Assembly (NCBI GenBank): GCA_000999715.1
Contig: LCGL01000001.1
Coordinates: 259,139 to 323,138 of the forward strand
From: Candidatus Falkowbacteria bacterium GW2011_GWF2_43_32
Lineage (GTDB): Bacteria > Patescibacteriota > Patescibacteriia > Patescibacteriales > UBA12465
Reading direction: 5' to 3'
DNA: 64,000 nucleotides
The position numbers and the translations under genes were made by a program. Under the pieces are notes generated by a model. It worked only from the letters and a program-made list of their open reading frames with translations, made no database searches and was not told the DNA's origin. Below, piece after piece: positions 29,266 through 38,669 of the stretch. The stretch's first letter is position 1; every line of letters starts with the position of its first letter.

Positions 29266-29958
29266 TTACCACTCCAATTTTTTAATTCCCTTGGCCGCCG
29301 CGTCAACCTGGGCTTCTTGCTTGGACGAGCCTTGACCGGTGGCGATCAAGTCTTCTTCAAAATATAAACCGATGGTAAAAATTTTGGCGTGATCCGGACC
29401 GACCTCGTCCAAAATTTGATAATGCGGCGTAATCCCTTTTATTTCTTGCGCTTTTTCCTGCAAGCGAGATTTCGGGTCCAAATAAGTTTGATTCTCCAGA
29501 ATATCGTCCAATTTGGAAATCACATTTTTCTTGATAAATTTCTTGGCCGTTTCCAATCCTTGATCCAAATAAATCGCGCCGATAATCGCCTCTACGGCAT
29601 TGGCTAAAATAAACTGACGAGATTTTTTATTCTTGTCGCGCGCTTCGCCTCGCGACAAATACAGACAACTCTCGATATCCAACTCTTTAGCTATTTCATA
29701 AAGCATTTTGGCGTTGACCAAAGACGCCCGCCAATTGGTCAAATCCCCTTCGGGCGTGGAAGTGAAACTGAGATACAAATATTCCGTCACGACGATTTCC
29801 AAAACCGCGTCGCCCAAAAACTCCAGTCGCTCGTTATGACCGATTTTAAATTCCGAGTGTTCGTTCAAATAAGAACGATGCACCATCGCTTGTTTGAGCA
29901 AGCTTTCGTCTTGAAACTTCACTCCCAAGCGTTTTTGCAATTTAATCAAATCATTCAT
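29266..29958 (-). CDS. rnc: Ribonuclease III
   Basis: HNERLEFLGDAVL, EAIIGAIYLD, dsRBD; start moved to MNDLIKL. Confidence 0.97.
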   Translation of the reverse strand: MNDLIKLQKRLGVKFQDESLLKQAMVHRSYLNEHSEFKIGHNERLEFLGDAVLEIVVTEYLYLSFTSTPEGDLTNWRASLVNAKMLYEIAKELDIESCLYLSRGEARDKNKKSRQFILANAVEAIIGAIYLDQGLETAKKFIKKNVISKLDDILENQTYLDPKSRLQEKAQEIKGITPHYQILDEVGPDHAKIFTIGLYFEEDLIATGQGSSKQEAQVDAAAKGIKKLEW

Positions 29959-30013
29959 AAAGCAGATTTTAAACCAATGGCGCCCCGAATGGGGGCGCCG
30001 GTAATTCATAAAA

Positions 30014-30523
30014 TTATTTTTCTGCGACCGCCGCCTCTTTTTCGGCCCCCTCTTTTTCGGCTTCCTCTTTTTTGGCCGCCTCCACCTCTTCTTTATTGTC
30101 TCTCTTTTGAACTTCCGGATCGTCGTTATATAAAGCGCCCAGAACGCCATTGATAAATTTCCCGGAAGCGTCGCCGCCGAAACTTTTGGCCACTTCAATC
30201 GCCTCGTTAATGGCTACGCGCGGCGGAACGGCCGTATACAACAATTCATAAATGCCCAAGCGTAAAATATTGCGATCAACGGTCGTAATCTGATCCAAGG
30301 GCCACTCCGTCGCGTATTTGATAATATATTTGTCAATCGCCTCTATTTGATCGCGAACGCCAATCACCAAATCTTTCACAAAACCGCCATCGTCAAAATT
30401 CGGAGCGAAGTTGGCAAAATTATCGACGATTAATCGCTCGATATCGTCGTCTTTTCTGCCGTTAAAATCCCAGGCAAATAAAGTTTGCAAAGCGATGGTT
30501 CGCGCCAAATGTCTGTTGGACAT
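30014..30523 (-). CDS. nusB: Transcription antitermination factor NusB
   Basis: RHLARTIALQTLF, DRNILRLG, VAINEAIEVAK, FINGVL. Confidence 0.96.
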   Translation of the reverse strand: MSNRHLARTIALQTLFAWDFNGRKDDDIERLIVDNFANFAPNFDDGGFVKDLVIGVRDQIEAIDKYIIKYATEWPLDQITTVDRNILRLGIYELLYTAVPPRVAINEAIEVAKSFGGDASGKFINGVLGALYNDDPEVQKRDNKEEVEAAKKEEAEKEGAEKEAAVAEK

Positions 30524-30525
30524 AA

Positions 30526-30723
30526 TTATTTTTTCTTAGCCGCTTTGATTTTGATTTTCAAAATCTCTTTGCCTCGATAAGAGCCGCACAAAGCGCAGGC
30601 CGTATGAGGTTTCACGGCGGCGCCGCATTTCGGACATTTATTCAAGACTATCTTTTTTAAAGCCAGATGCGCCCGGCCTTGATGAGTTTTACTATGGGTT
30701 TTGCGTTTTTTAGGGTTTGCCAT
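30526..30723 (-). CDS. rpmF: 50S ribosomal protein L32
   Basis: MANPKKRK, CPKCG..PHTACALCGSY. Confidence 0.95.
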   Translation of the reverse strand: MANPKKRKTHSKTHQGRAHLALKKIVLNKCPKCGAAVKPHTACALCGSYRGKEILKIKIKAAKKK

Positions 30724-30821
30724 ATTGATTGAAACTTTTAAACATTTTCTTCGCCGTCAGGCGAATTTAATTTATTATTTTTATCTAATTAGCTCAATTT
30801 CAGTATATCTCAAATTCAATA

Positions 30822-32672
30822 TTAGTCAACCGAAACAGCCGCCTCGCGCTTCGCCGGTTTCGGTCCGACCAACTGCTCAAATTCCTCTTTTTCCAGAGTT
30901 TCTTTCTCCAACAGAACCAAAACAATTTTTTCCAATTGTTCTTTTTCCCGATTGATAATCTCGGCCGCTTGCGCTTCGCCTTGTTTGATAAAGCCGCTGA
31001 TTTCTTGATCGATTTGCTCGGCAACTTTTTCGCTATAGTCCCGCTGTTCGTGAATTTCTCTGCCCAAGAAAATCATTTCTTCTTTTTCGCCATAAGTCCG
31101 CGGACCCAAGTGATCGCTCATGCCGAAATCGGTAATCAGGCTACGCGCCAAAGAAGTCGCGCGACGCAAATCCGACGTCGCGCCGGTCGTCACCTCTCCG
31201 AAAATCGTTTTCTCCACCAAATGTCCGGCCAACAAGACGGCAATTTCGGAAATGAATTCCGATTTGGAATGCATATGACGATCCTCAGACGGAACTTTCA
31301 AGGTATAACCGCCGGCCGAACCGCGCGCAATGATGGAAACCTTATGCACCGGATCGGCGTCCGGCAAAAAATGCGCGACTAAAGCGTGTCCCGCTTCGTG
31401 ATAGGCAGTAATCTTCTTTTCTTTGTCGGTAATCACCCGACTTTTCCGTTCCGGTCCGATCATCACTTTTTCAATCGCTTCAAACAAATCTTCATTGACG
31501 ATTTCTTTTTTATTATTTCGCGCCGCCAAGATAGCCGCTTCGTTAAGAATGTTGGCCAAGTCCGCTCCGGAAAATCCCGAGGTCCGCCCGGCCACGACTT
31601 TCAAATCCACTTTCTTGCTTAACGGTTTCTTGCGAGCGTGCACCAACAAAATGTCTTCTCTATCCTTCAAATCCGGCAAATCAATCATCACCCGACGATC
31701 AAAACGACCGGGACGCAAAAGCGCCGGATCCAAAACATCGGGACGATTGGTCGCGGCAATAACGATAATACTTTGCGTCGGCTCAAACCCGTCCATCTCC
31801 ACTAAAATTTGATTCAAAGTCTGCTCTCTTTCATCATGACTCCCTCCCAGGCCGGCACCGCGACGGCGACCGACCGCGTCAATTTCATCGATAAATACGA
31901 TGCAAGGTGCGTTCTTTTTGGCTTTTTCAAACAGCGACCGGACACGCGAAGCGCCGACTCCGACAAACATTTCCACAAATTCCGAACCGGACATATGAAA
32001 AAACGGCACTTGCGCTTCCCCGGCGACCGAACGGGCCAAAAGAGTTTTTCCGGTTCCGGGCGCGCCCAATAACAGAACGCCGCGCGGAATCTTGGCTCCC
32101 AAGTCATGAAACTTTTTCGGAAAACGAAGAAACTCCACGATTTCCTGCAATTCTTCTTTAGCTTCTTTCGCACCGGCGACATCTTTGAAAGTGGCGCGAT
32201 TCTTGGCATCCGGCTTAAAATCCTTAGCGGTTGACTGACCGAAACTCATCGCTCGAGAATTGGCCCCCTGCAAACCGCGCATGGTGAAAAAAATAAAAAT
32301 ACCGACCAAGAGAAGCGGCAAAAGAAAAGGAATGATATTGGCCAACCAATAATCCCACCCGCTCTCGTCTTTAACGGAAATTTTGACTCCGGCCACTTTA
32401 GCCGGATCAACCGCGAAATTGCTCAAAAGAGCGGACAAAGATTCGTTCGGCTCTTTCCGGATACTTTCCGATTTGCCGTCCTTCAAAGTGGCAGTAATTT
32501 TGTCGCCGCTGACGACCAATTCGCCGATTTCATCATTATTGATTCGACTAATCAAGGTTTCCAGGCCAACCGTTTCACTTTTCCCTTTCTGGTCGGTGAA
32601 AGAACTGAAGACCGCCGCGATTACCAAAAAAATAATGAAAAATAGCAAAAAATTTCTAATTAATTTTTTCAT
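30822..32672 (-). CDS. ftsH: ATP-dependent zinc metalloprotease FtsH
   Basis: Two TM helices, [23 protein letters not shown]. Confidence 0.98.
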   Translation of the reverse strand: MKKLIRNFLLFFIIFLVIAAVFSSFTDQKGKSETVGLETLISRINNDEIGELVVSGDKITATLKDGKSESIRKEPNESLSALLSNFAVDPAKVAGVKISVKDESGWDYWLANIIPFLLPLLLVGIFIFFTMRGLQGANSRAMSFGQSTAKDFKPDAKNRATFKDVAGAKEAKEELQEIVEFLRFPKKFHDLGAKIPRGVLLLGAPGTGKTLLARSVAGEAQVPFFHMSGSEFVEMFVGVGASRVRSLFEKAKKNAPCIVFIDEIDAVGRRRGAGLGGSHDEREQTLNQILVEMDGFEPTQSIIVIAATNRPDVLDPALLRPGRFDRRVMIDLPDLKDREDILLVHARKKPLSKKVDLKVVAGRTSGFSGADLANILNEAAILAARNNKKEIVNEDLFEAIEKVMIGPERKSRVITDKEKKITAYHEAGHALVAHFLPDADPVHKVSIIARGSAGGYTLKVPSEDRHMHSKSEFISEIAVLLAGHLVEKTIFGEVTTGATSDLRRATSLARSLITDFGMSDHLGPRTYGEKEEMIFLGREIHEQRDYSEKVAEQIDQEISGFIKQGEAQAAEIINREKEQLEKIVLVLLEKETLEKEEFEQLVGPKPAKREAAVSVD

Positions 32673-32805
32673 GAATTTAAGATTAATTTTGTATCTATAT
32701 TATAGGCGGAAAAAGCCGTTTTGGCAATGCCGCGCGCCATCGATTTGAATAACAAAAATGCCCTGTTTCAGGACATTCTTGTCTATATTGATTTTCTAAA
32801 ATAAT

Positions 32806-34098
32806 TTATTTTTTCTTTTTGGCCGTCTGGGACTTTTTATCTTTTTTGCCGTCTTGTTCATCGGCCGCCGGCGAATCCTTGTCTTGATCCGCGACCTCTT
32901 TTTTTTCTTTTGTTTCTTTGGCCGTTTCTTTTTCCGTTTCTTCATCGGCTTGGTCGGCTTTTTTCGTCTTAGCCGGTTTTTCTTTGGTCCCCGCCGACTT
33001 AGATTTCGCCCCCTCGTCGGCCAACTTTAAACCCAAGCGATGTTCGCCCGGAGTGATGCTGACGATTTCAAAATTATTTTCTTCTCCCGGTTGATATAAT
33101 TCGGTAATTTTCTCTTTAACCTCCAAATTTAATTGGCTGATATGCGCCAAGCCATGAATGTCATCGTCAAGTTTGACGAATAATCCGAAAGGATTGACTT
33201 TCAAAATCACGCCCGGCACGACTTGGCCGATTTGATATTTGGCGCTGGCCTCCAACCAAGGATCTTTCAGCAATTTCTTGGCGCTCAAAAACACTTTGGC
33301 GCCATCAATGGAAATGATTTCCGCTTTGATCTTATCGCCGACTTTATACATCTCGCTCGGAGAATCGATTCTTTGCCAAGCCAACTCGGAAATATGAATC
33401 AAGCCTTCGATATTTTCGCCGAAAGAAATAAAAACGCCGAAATTGGTGATGGCCGTAATTTTTCCTTCCGCGACCATGCCAATCTGATATTTATCCAAAG
33501 CCGGTTTCTGTTTTCTGTTCCAAACGTCCTTTTCACTGAAAATCACTTTATTGTCTTCTTCGTTTAAAGTAATGACCGTCACTTCAAATTCCTGACCGAC
33601 AAATGATTTCAATTTTTCCAAAATTTTGCTCTTGTCGCCGCCGGAGATGCGCGGATAATTTTCCGGTGCCAACTGCGAAACCGGCAAAAATCCGTCAATC
33701 TGACAATAACGGCTCAACAAACCGCCCTTATTGGCGTCCATGATTTTAACTTTAATCGTGGTCTTGTCTTTAAACGCCTGACGCAATTTATTCCAGGCTT
33801 TTTCCTGCCCGACCAAACGAAAAGACAGCTCCAATTCGCCGTTCTCGTTTTCGGCGTCTATCACCGCCGCCTCGATTTCGTCGCCCGGTTTCAAGCGAGA
33901 AAATTCTTCCACTTCGTTATAAAGTTCCGGACCGCGGATGATACCCATCAACACGCCGTCAACATCCAACTTCACTTCCGATTTGGAAGCGGCTACGACT
34001 TTACCTTTGACAATATCTCCGGTTTGCGGAATTTTAATATTGTCTTTTTTCAATAATTTTTCAAACTCGTCCAATTGTTCTAAATTTTGGTCGTCCAT
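32806..34098 (-). CDS. rpsA: 30S ribosomal protein S1 (four S1 domains plus charged tail)
   Basis: ANKGGL, GFLPVSQL, EGLIHISEL, HGLAHISQL; start moved to MDDQN. Confidence 0.9.
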   Translation of the reverse strand: MDDQNLEQLDEFEKLLKKDNIKIPQTGDIVKGKVVAASKSEVKLDVDGVLMGIIRGPELYNEVEEFSRLKPGDEIEAAVIDAENENGELELSFRLVGQEKAWNKLRQAFKDKTTIKVKIMDANKGGLLSRYCQIDGFLPVSQLAPENYPRISGGDKSKILEKLKSFVGQEFEVTVITLNEEDNKVIFSEKDVWNRKQKPALDKYQIGMVAEGKITAITNFGVFISFGENIEGLIHISELAWQRIDSPSEMYKVGDKIKAEIISIDGAKVFLSAKKLLKDPWLEASAKYQIGQVVPGVILKVNPFGLFVKLDDDIHGLAHISQLNLEVKEKITELYQPGEENNFEIVSITPGEHRLGLKLADEGAKSKSAGTKEKPAKTKKADQADEETEKETAKETKEKKEVADQDKDSPAADEQDGKKDKKSQTAKKKK

Positions 34099-34223
34099 AT
34101 AAACAAAAAAAATCTCTAACCCGATCTGACAATCAGGCCCGGCGGTCACTTCCGCTCGTCTCGTCAAAGACAAGCTTATAATCCGCAGGCTTTATTAAAA
34201 GTGATCTTAAATTAACTTCTCAC

Positions 34224-34252
34224 AGTATATAGAAAAACTCGCCGGCTGTCAA
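34224..34252 (-). promoter_or_regulatory. rpsA promoter
   Basis: TTGACA-17 bp-TATACT. Confidence 0.75.
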
Positions 34253-34254
34253 TC

Positions 34255-35325
34255 CTAAGCGACTTCCCTTTTCAAGCCGGGCTTGAGAGCTTTTTTCAGT
34301 CTAATTGTCTTATTAATTCGTTCCGGTCCGGCCGCTTTCGGCTGGCGCGGCAACAAACCCTCAATCAAATTGACGAAAACATAGGTCAACTGAGGATTAT
34401 TTTTATCCGGCACGATTTTTTGATTCTGACGATCGTAAAAATAATCTCCCGGATCCTCTTCTCCGTCCGCAACATATTTTTCTACGGCGCCGTTCGTCGA
34501 TTTTTTATAATTGACCAATTGTTCGCGTTCGCGAAATTTTTCCGCTTTGAAATAACCCTTGCCCCACGCCCCTTTTTCCACCATATATTCGCCGTACTCG
34601 TTGGCTTGTTCCAAAATATCTTCCGTTTTCAACGGCTCGCCTTGTGCGTCAAAAACATAAATTCCCCGACGCTGTTTAGCCGGCATTCTCAACCAAGCGT
34701 AAGCTCTGGTCATCAAATCTATTTCTCCGGCCGAATATTCCGGCGCCTGCGCTTTAATGCGGGAAAATTCTTTTCTCAAAGCGCCGATTTTCCGTTTGGT
34801 TTCCAATTTTTCTTCCCTGGCCGCTTTATCCCTGGCCACTTTTCTGAAAAATGCCTCGCGTCTGGTTTTCAATAAGTCGGCATCAATTTTGGCATCCAGA
34901 TTTTCTTCTTCGGTATTAAAATATCCTTGACGAGCCGTTTCCAAATCGCGAGCCAATCTGGCTTTTTCAAAATGGGCTTTCTTTTGCCGCTTGTCGTCGT
35001 CGGCAATGTTCCTCAAACGTCGCGCCGTCGCGAAGGACGATTCCAAACGCACATCATCAAGTTTGTCTTCCGCCTCCTGACTGCCCGGAGCGGTCATGGC
35101 ATTGTACTCGTCATTGGAAATATCTTCTCCGGTTTTAAAATTGTTCTTTTTGGCTACCCGCTCTTGATCTTGAAACCAATCTTCATTTTCATGATATTCA
35201 TCCGCAGATTCAATGTTGCGCAAATTACGCCCCTGATCGCCGATACCGGTCGCTCCTTTGGCGCTCATCTTCTCCAAACTTTTGTCTCGTCGCGGTCGAA
35301 ATCCTATTTTTTCAAAAAAACCCAT
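34255..35325 (-). CDS. Hypothetical charged/coiled-coil protein
   Basis: 356-aa ORF with host-like codon style; no family recognised. Confidence 0.75.
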   Translation of the reverse strand: MGFFEKIGFRPRRDKSLEKMSAKGATGIGDQGRNLRNIESADEYHENEDWFQDQERVAKKNNFKTGEDISNDEYNAMTAPGSQEAEDKLDDVRLESSFATARRLRNIADDDKRQKKAHFEKARLARDLETARQGYFNTEEENLDAKIDADLLKTRREAFFRKVARDKAAREEKLETKRKIGALRKEFSRIKAQAPEYSAGEIDLMTRAYAWLRMPAKQRRGIYVFDAQGEPLKTEDILEQANEYGEYMVEKGAWGKGYFKAEKFREREQLVNYKKSTNGAVEKYVADGEEDPGDYFYDRQNQKIVPDKNNPQLTYVFVNLIEGLLPRQPKAAGPERINKTIRLKKALKPGLKREVA

Positions 35326-35437
35326 ATATTTAAATCTTTTGGTGAAAATAAATTTTTCACTGCTATATTAAATTGATTATTTTCAAAAATCAACCGGTGA
35401 CTGAATAAAAACAGTTGGCGCCACATTCCTCGCTAAC

Positions 35438-35719
35438 TTAATTCCAGCGCTTTTTAGGATCGTTAACGATGTCTAAATATTCTTTGACTTTTCTGACCGC
35501 CGCCGGATCGGCCATTCTCCGGTCAACCTCGCGAGTGACTTGCTCTATATAACTCTCATCGCTGTCCTGAAGACTGCCCGTTGAGTATTTCTCGTCGGGA
35601 TTACCGCTAAAACTCGCCTCCACTTCCGCCTCCATTTGTTTGCGGATGGCAGCCATTTCTTCTTGAGAAGATCGGGACATTTCCCGCGGTCGCGCCGCTA
35701 AAGCTCCTTCGATGTTCAT
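35438..35719 (-). CDS. Hypothetical small protein
   Basis: Acidic helical ORF; ATG at 35719. Confidence 0.6.
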   Translation of the reverse strand: MNIEGALAARPREMSRSSQEEMAAIRKQMEAEVEASFSGNPDEKYSTGSLQDSDESYIEQVTREVDRRMADPAAVRKVKEYLDIVNDPKKRWN

Positions 35720-35901
35720 ATTTTTGTGGTTAATAATCAAAGACTCTTTTATATTATGATAATTATATCATAATAACCCCAAAAAATGTAAATGTCCAGA
35801 CGGGACGGCCAATGATTATCGGGGTGTATTCATTGACAAATAATTAAAATAGTTCTAATATATAGACTTCTTTTAAAATTAACCAAAAAACTCTCGTCTT
35901 C

Positions 35902-36225
35902 ATGAAGAAACAAGTTAAGCCAAGGTTAGATCAACAAAAATTGAATCTAATTACCAGAATTCTCGGCGAAGGCCCTGTCTCTCCCGTATATAAAGGAAAG
36001 CTCAAAAAAATAGAGCTAATTGACGGGAAAATGATTATTTCTTTTAAATCTTATTCGGAATATATTGAAGGAAAATGGGTAAAAAAACCCTGCCCCTCGG
36101 ATATGGCCATAGATTTGAAAAGTGTGATACCCGTTTGGCGCGATGCCAATCACGGTTCGGCGTTATTCGTTAAAAACACTTTTCACCATCCAACCACGAT
36201 TAAGAATTGGAAGTTCTATATTTAA
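35902..36225 (+). CDS. Hypothetical protein
   Basis: 107-aa ORF with a TTGACA-17-TAATAT promoter at 35833 and a terminator after the stop. Confidence 0.65.
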   Translation: MKKQVKPRLDQQKLNLITRILGEGPVSPVYKGKLKKIELIDGKMIISFKSYSEYIEGKWVKKPCPSDMAIDLKSVIPVWRDANHGSALFVKNTFHHPTTIKNWKFYI

Positions 36226-36301
36226 TAAAATAAAACACCGATAAAAAGGTGTTTTTTAATTAATCACAAAAAGACGAGATGGTTCTCGTCTTTTTGTTGG
36301 T

Positions 36302-36330
36302 GAGGTCTTGGCGCGGGGTGGTTATGAATT
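36302..36330. repeat. Degenerate copy of the 29-bp inter-gene repeat
   Basis: GAGGTCTTGGCGCGGGGTGGTTATGAATT, 20/29 identical to the 37692 copy, same position relative to the gene end. Confidence 0.55.
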
Positions 36331-36364
36331 TGAGGAAATGAAAAAGCCCTTAAAAAATAAGGGC

Positions 36365-37534
36365 TTACTGCTTATTCATAACTAGTTTAATGTTCTTTAT
36401 AACATTATCGACTTCCTCAACTTGCAAATGAGTTAATGTGCGCTCTAAGAACTCATCACCACCATCGAAGTAATCATTTAAAGAAAAAGCATGTATTCCT
36501 TGCAAGGGCAGACATGAAGTTAGTAAAGTTCTACGTAAATAATTATAAAAATTATCGCCTTTTAATAAATCAAAAAGAAAAATACTTCTTTTGATTTTTT
36601 CCCTCATCTCCACGGTAAAATCCCGCCAACCATTATAATCCTCTTCGGCCCAAACCGTCAGCTGAAGACTGTCTAATAGTAAATTTAAAGAAAGAAGATT
36701 GCCTTCTTGCGCGGCAGCGATAAAATCCAAAGCAACCAAATTACGCTTTCTTTTATCTTCCTTGTTAAGGCAGGCGTAAAGAGTATAAAGCTCGTGTTGG
36801 TGTTTTTTAACTAGCCGGCGAAACTCGCTTGTGCCTTTATAGAAATTTACTTCTTTGACTGCGCCCTTATACCTCCATTTGTCATGCCATTTTTTGTCTA
36901 GCCTGGAAATCACTTGATCCCAATCGTTCTTAAAAACAATCCCTATCTGCTTATCCAGGGAACCGTTGTGCCTCTCAATCCAATTAGGAGAAAAAAAGGG
37001 CGGATTTTCCTTTTCTAAAAGATCAGAAAGCCTCTTTATTATCTTATCCTTATCTCCTCCATATTTAATCAGGCGGCGATAAGAGAATTTTTGGATATCA
37101 AATTTATCAAAAACGAATTTCCAATCAATTCCATTATCGGCATTCCGAAAACCCCGTTTAATCGATAAATATAGGGCGTAAGAATTATTTCTAATCCATT
37201 GTGGCATCGGTTTAGAGATTTTCTTTTCTTTCAAAAGATTCGCTAAACGGCTAAACTCTTCTTCATTTAAAAAGTATAAAATTTCTTTCCGAACTTCACG
37301 ACAAATAATATCTGCCTCTTCTTTATACTCAGAGAATGGGGCGAGCGCCTCTTTTACTTTTAAGTTGCACCACTTAGCAATATGACAAGGGTTAGGCTTC
37401 GTAGGAAGCGTAGATAAAATGGAATTAATTATTTTCCATTTTTTTTGATTAAGTACTATTCCCTCTTTAGCGGCCGCTTTAATAATACAACGACTGACAA
37501 AATCAGGCGATAAAGCTTTTCCGGTTCTACTCAT
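36365..37534 (-). CDS. Hypothetical protein: tandem helical repeats plus a sigma70 region-2-like C-terminus
   Basis: Two L..LL......P.WI.....L...I...F...DW..V repeats; AAQEGN and FDLLKGDNFYNY motifs. Confidence 0.6.
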   Translation of the reverse strand: MSRTGKALSPDFVSRCIIKAAAKEGIVLNQKKWKIINSILSTLPTKPNPCHIAKWCNLKVKEALAPFSEYKEEADIICREVRKEILYFLNEEEFSRLANLLKEKKISKPMPQWIRNNSYALYLSIKRGFRNADNGIDWKFVFDKFDIQKFSYRRLIKYGGDKDKIIKRLSDLLEKENPPFFSPNWIERHNGSLDKQIGIVFKNDWDQVISRLDKKWHDKWRYKGAVKEVNFYKGTSEFRRLVKKHQHELYTLYACLNKEDKRKRNLVALDFIAAAQEGNLLSLNLLLDSLQLTVWAEEDYNGWRDFTVEMREKIKRSIFLFDLLKGDNFYNYLRRTLLTSCLPLQGIHAFSLNDYFDGGDEFLERTLTHLQVEEVDNVIKNIKLVMNKQ

Positions 37535-37622
37535 GATATCTAGTTTTAGTTGTTTATATTTTTAAAGTTCTATTTTTACTTAATAGAACAAAATAACATA
37601 TATATCCATAAATATCAAATGA

Positions 37623-37640
37623 TTTATAAGCCCCCGAAAA
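37623..37640. repeat. 18-bp repeat shared with the tRNA-Gly 3' flank
   Basis: TTTATAAGCCCCCGAAAA versus TTTATAAACCCCCGTAAA at 40034-40051 (16/18). Confidence 0.7.
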
Positions 37641-37691
37641 CGTATTCTTAGAGTACCAAAAAATGCCCTAAAGTTAAGGCATTTTTTATTG

Positions 37692-37720
37692 GAGCTCCTT
37701 TTGCAGTTTGGTTATAAATT
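37692..37720. repeat. 29-bp direct repeat, copy A
   Basis: GAGCTCCTTTTGCAGTTTGGTTATAAATT. Confidence 0.9.
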
Positions 37721-37766
37721 CAATAAAATTTAAAAAATATATTTTTCCAAAATAGCTATCTTTAAA

Positions 37767-38552
37767 CTACCTCTTATAACCTATTAATTCAAAAACTTTA
37801 TCCATTGCAACAACTACTGAATATCCTGAATTTTCAAATTCTGTGTTAACTAGCCTGTTTCTTGTATTAACCCATTTTTGGACGAATGGGATAAATTGAG
37901 ACACAAGCCCTATTATTTTATAATGCAACCCATTAAGACCATCCTGCTCTACCTCCACTACCGGACCACCACTATTTCCGTAATAAACTGGGCAATCAAT
38001 GATAATGGTGCCATGATTTTTATACACGTTCGCCACTATTCCTTTCCTTAATAGAGGTTTATTGTAATCAAATTGTGGAGAATCAGCCATTCCTAAGGAA
38101 GTTGGATAGCCAGACAAAAAAACATTATTAGAAATTAATACCTCTTCTAAAAGTTTAACCTTTCCAGCATCTACTTGAATCATCGTTGTCTTTCCGGAAA
38201 CTTTTTTTGTTACCCCACTATTGGCTATTAACTTGTACCCTTCGCCCGTCTCCGTTTTTTCCAGCTCTCCCATCTCAATCGCAGCAACATCGGAGTTTGG
38301 GTGTGCAATCGGCGCAAGCACTCTCAAATCGACACCATAAACATGGACGCTATCATCATTGATATCTCTAGCAGGAATTATCAAATCAATATTGCTCCCT
38401 CGTATTTTCTTATCATCATCAAATAAAACGTGCTTTGCTGTGATTAAAAATACTTTTTTGTCTGCTCGTAACAAAAACCCTGACCCCTGACTGCCTGTAT
38501 CAAATTTAATTAGTAACGGATAAGCTAAATTGTCTTCTGGTATTGCTCTCAT
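37767..38552 (-). CDS. Trypsin-like serine protease (no signal peptide)
   Basis: Catalytic triad motifs ITAKHV, SDVAA, GNSGGPV. Confidence 0.88.
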   Translation of the reverse strand: MRAIPEDNLAYPLLIKFDTGSQGSGFLLRADKKVFLITAKHVLFDDDKKIRGSNIDLIIPARDINDDSVHVYGVDLRVLAPIAHPNSDVAAIEMGELEKTETGEGYKLIANSGVTKKVSGKTTMIQVDAGKVKLLEEVLISNNVFLSGYPTSLGMADSPQFDYNKPLLRKGIVANVYKNHGTIIIDCPVYYGNSGGPVVEVEQDGLNGLHYKIIGLVSQFIPFVQKWVNTRNRLVNTEFENSGYSVVVAMDKVFELIGYKR

Positions 38553-38637
38553 ATAATTCAACAAAATAAAGTCTACATATTTATTATACCTTCTTAAAGC
38601 AAACAAAAACAGCCCTTTCGGACTGTCTCTGTTTCGT

Positions 38638-38666
38638 GAGCTCCTTTTGGAGTTTGGTTATAAATT
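38638..38666. repeat. 29-bp direct repeat, copy B
   Basis: GAGCTCCTTTTGGAGTTTGGTTATAAATT, 28/29 identical to copy A. Confidence 0.9.
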
Positions 38667-38669
38667 TAA

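Noticed and set aside
29959..30198. Long basic N-terminal extension on RNase III
   Set aside because: It is an alternative frame of the nusB tail; rnc starts at 29958
36302..38666. 29-bp repeats as a CRISPR array or canonical integron attC sites
   Set aside because: Spacing is ~0.9-1.4 kb with whole genes between copies; no cas or intI gene is present and canonical RYYYAAC/GTTRRRY pairs are not evident; kept only as non-canonical sites
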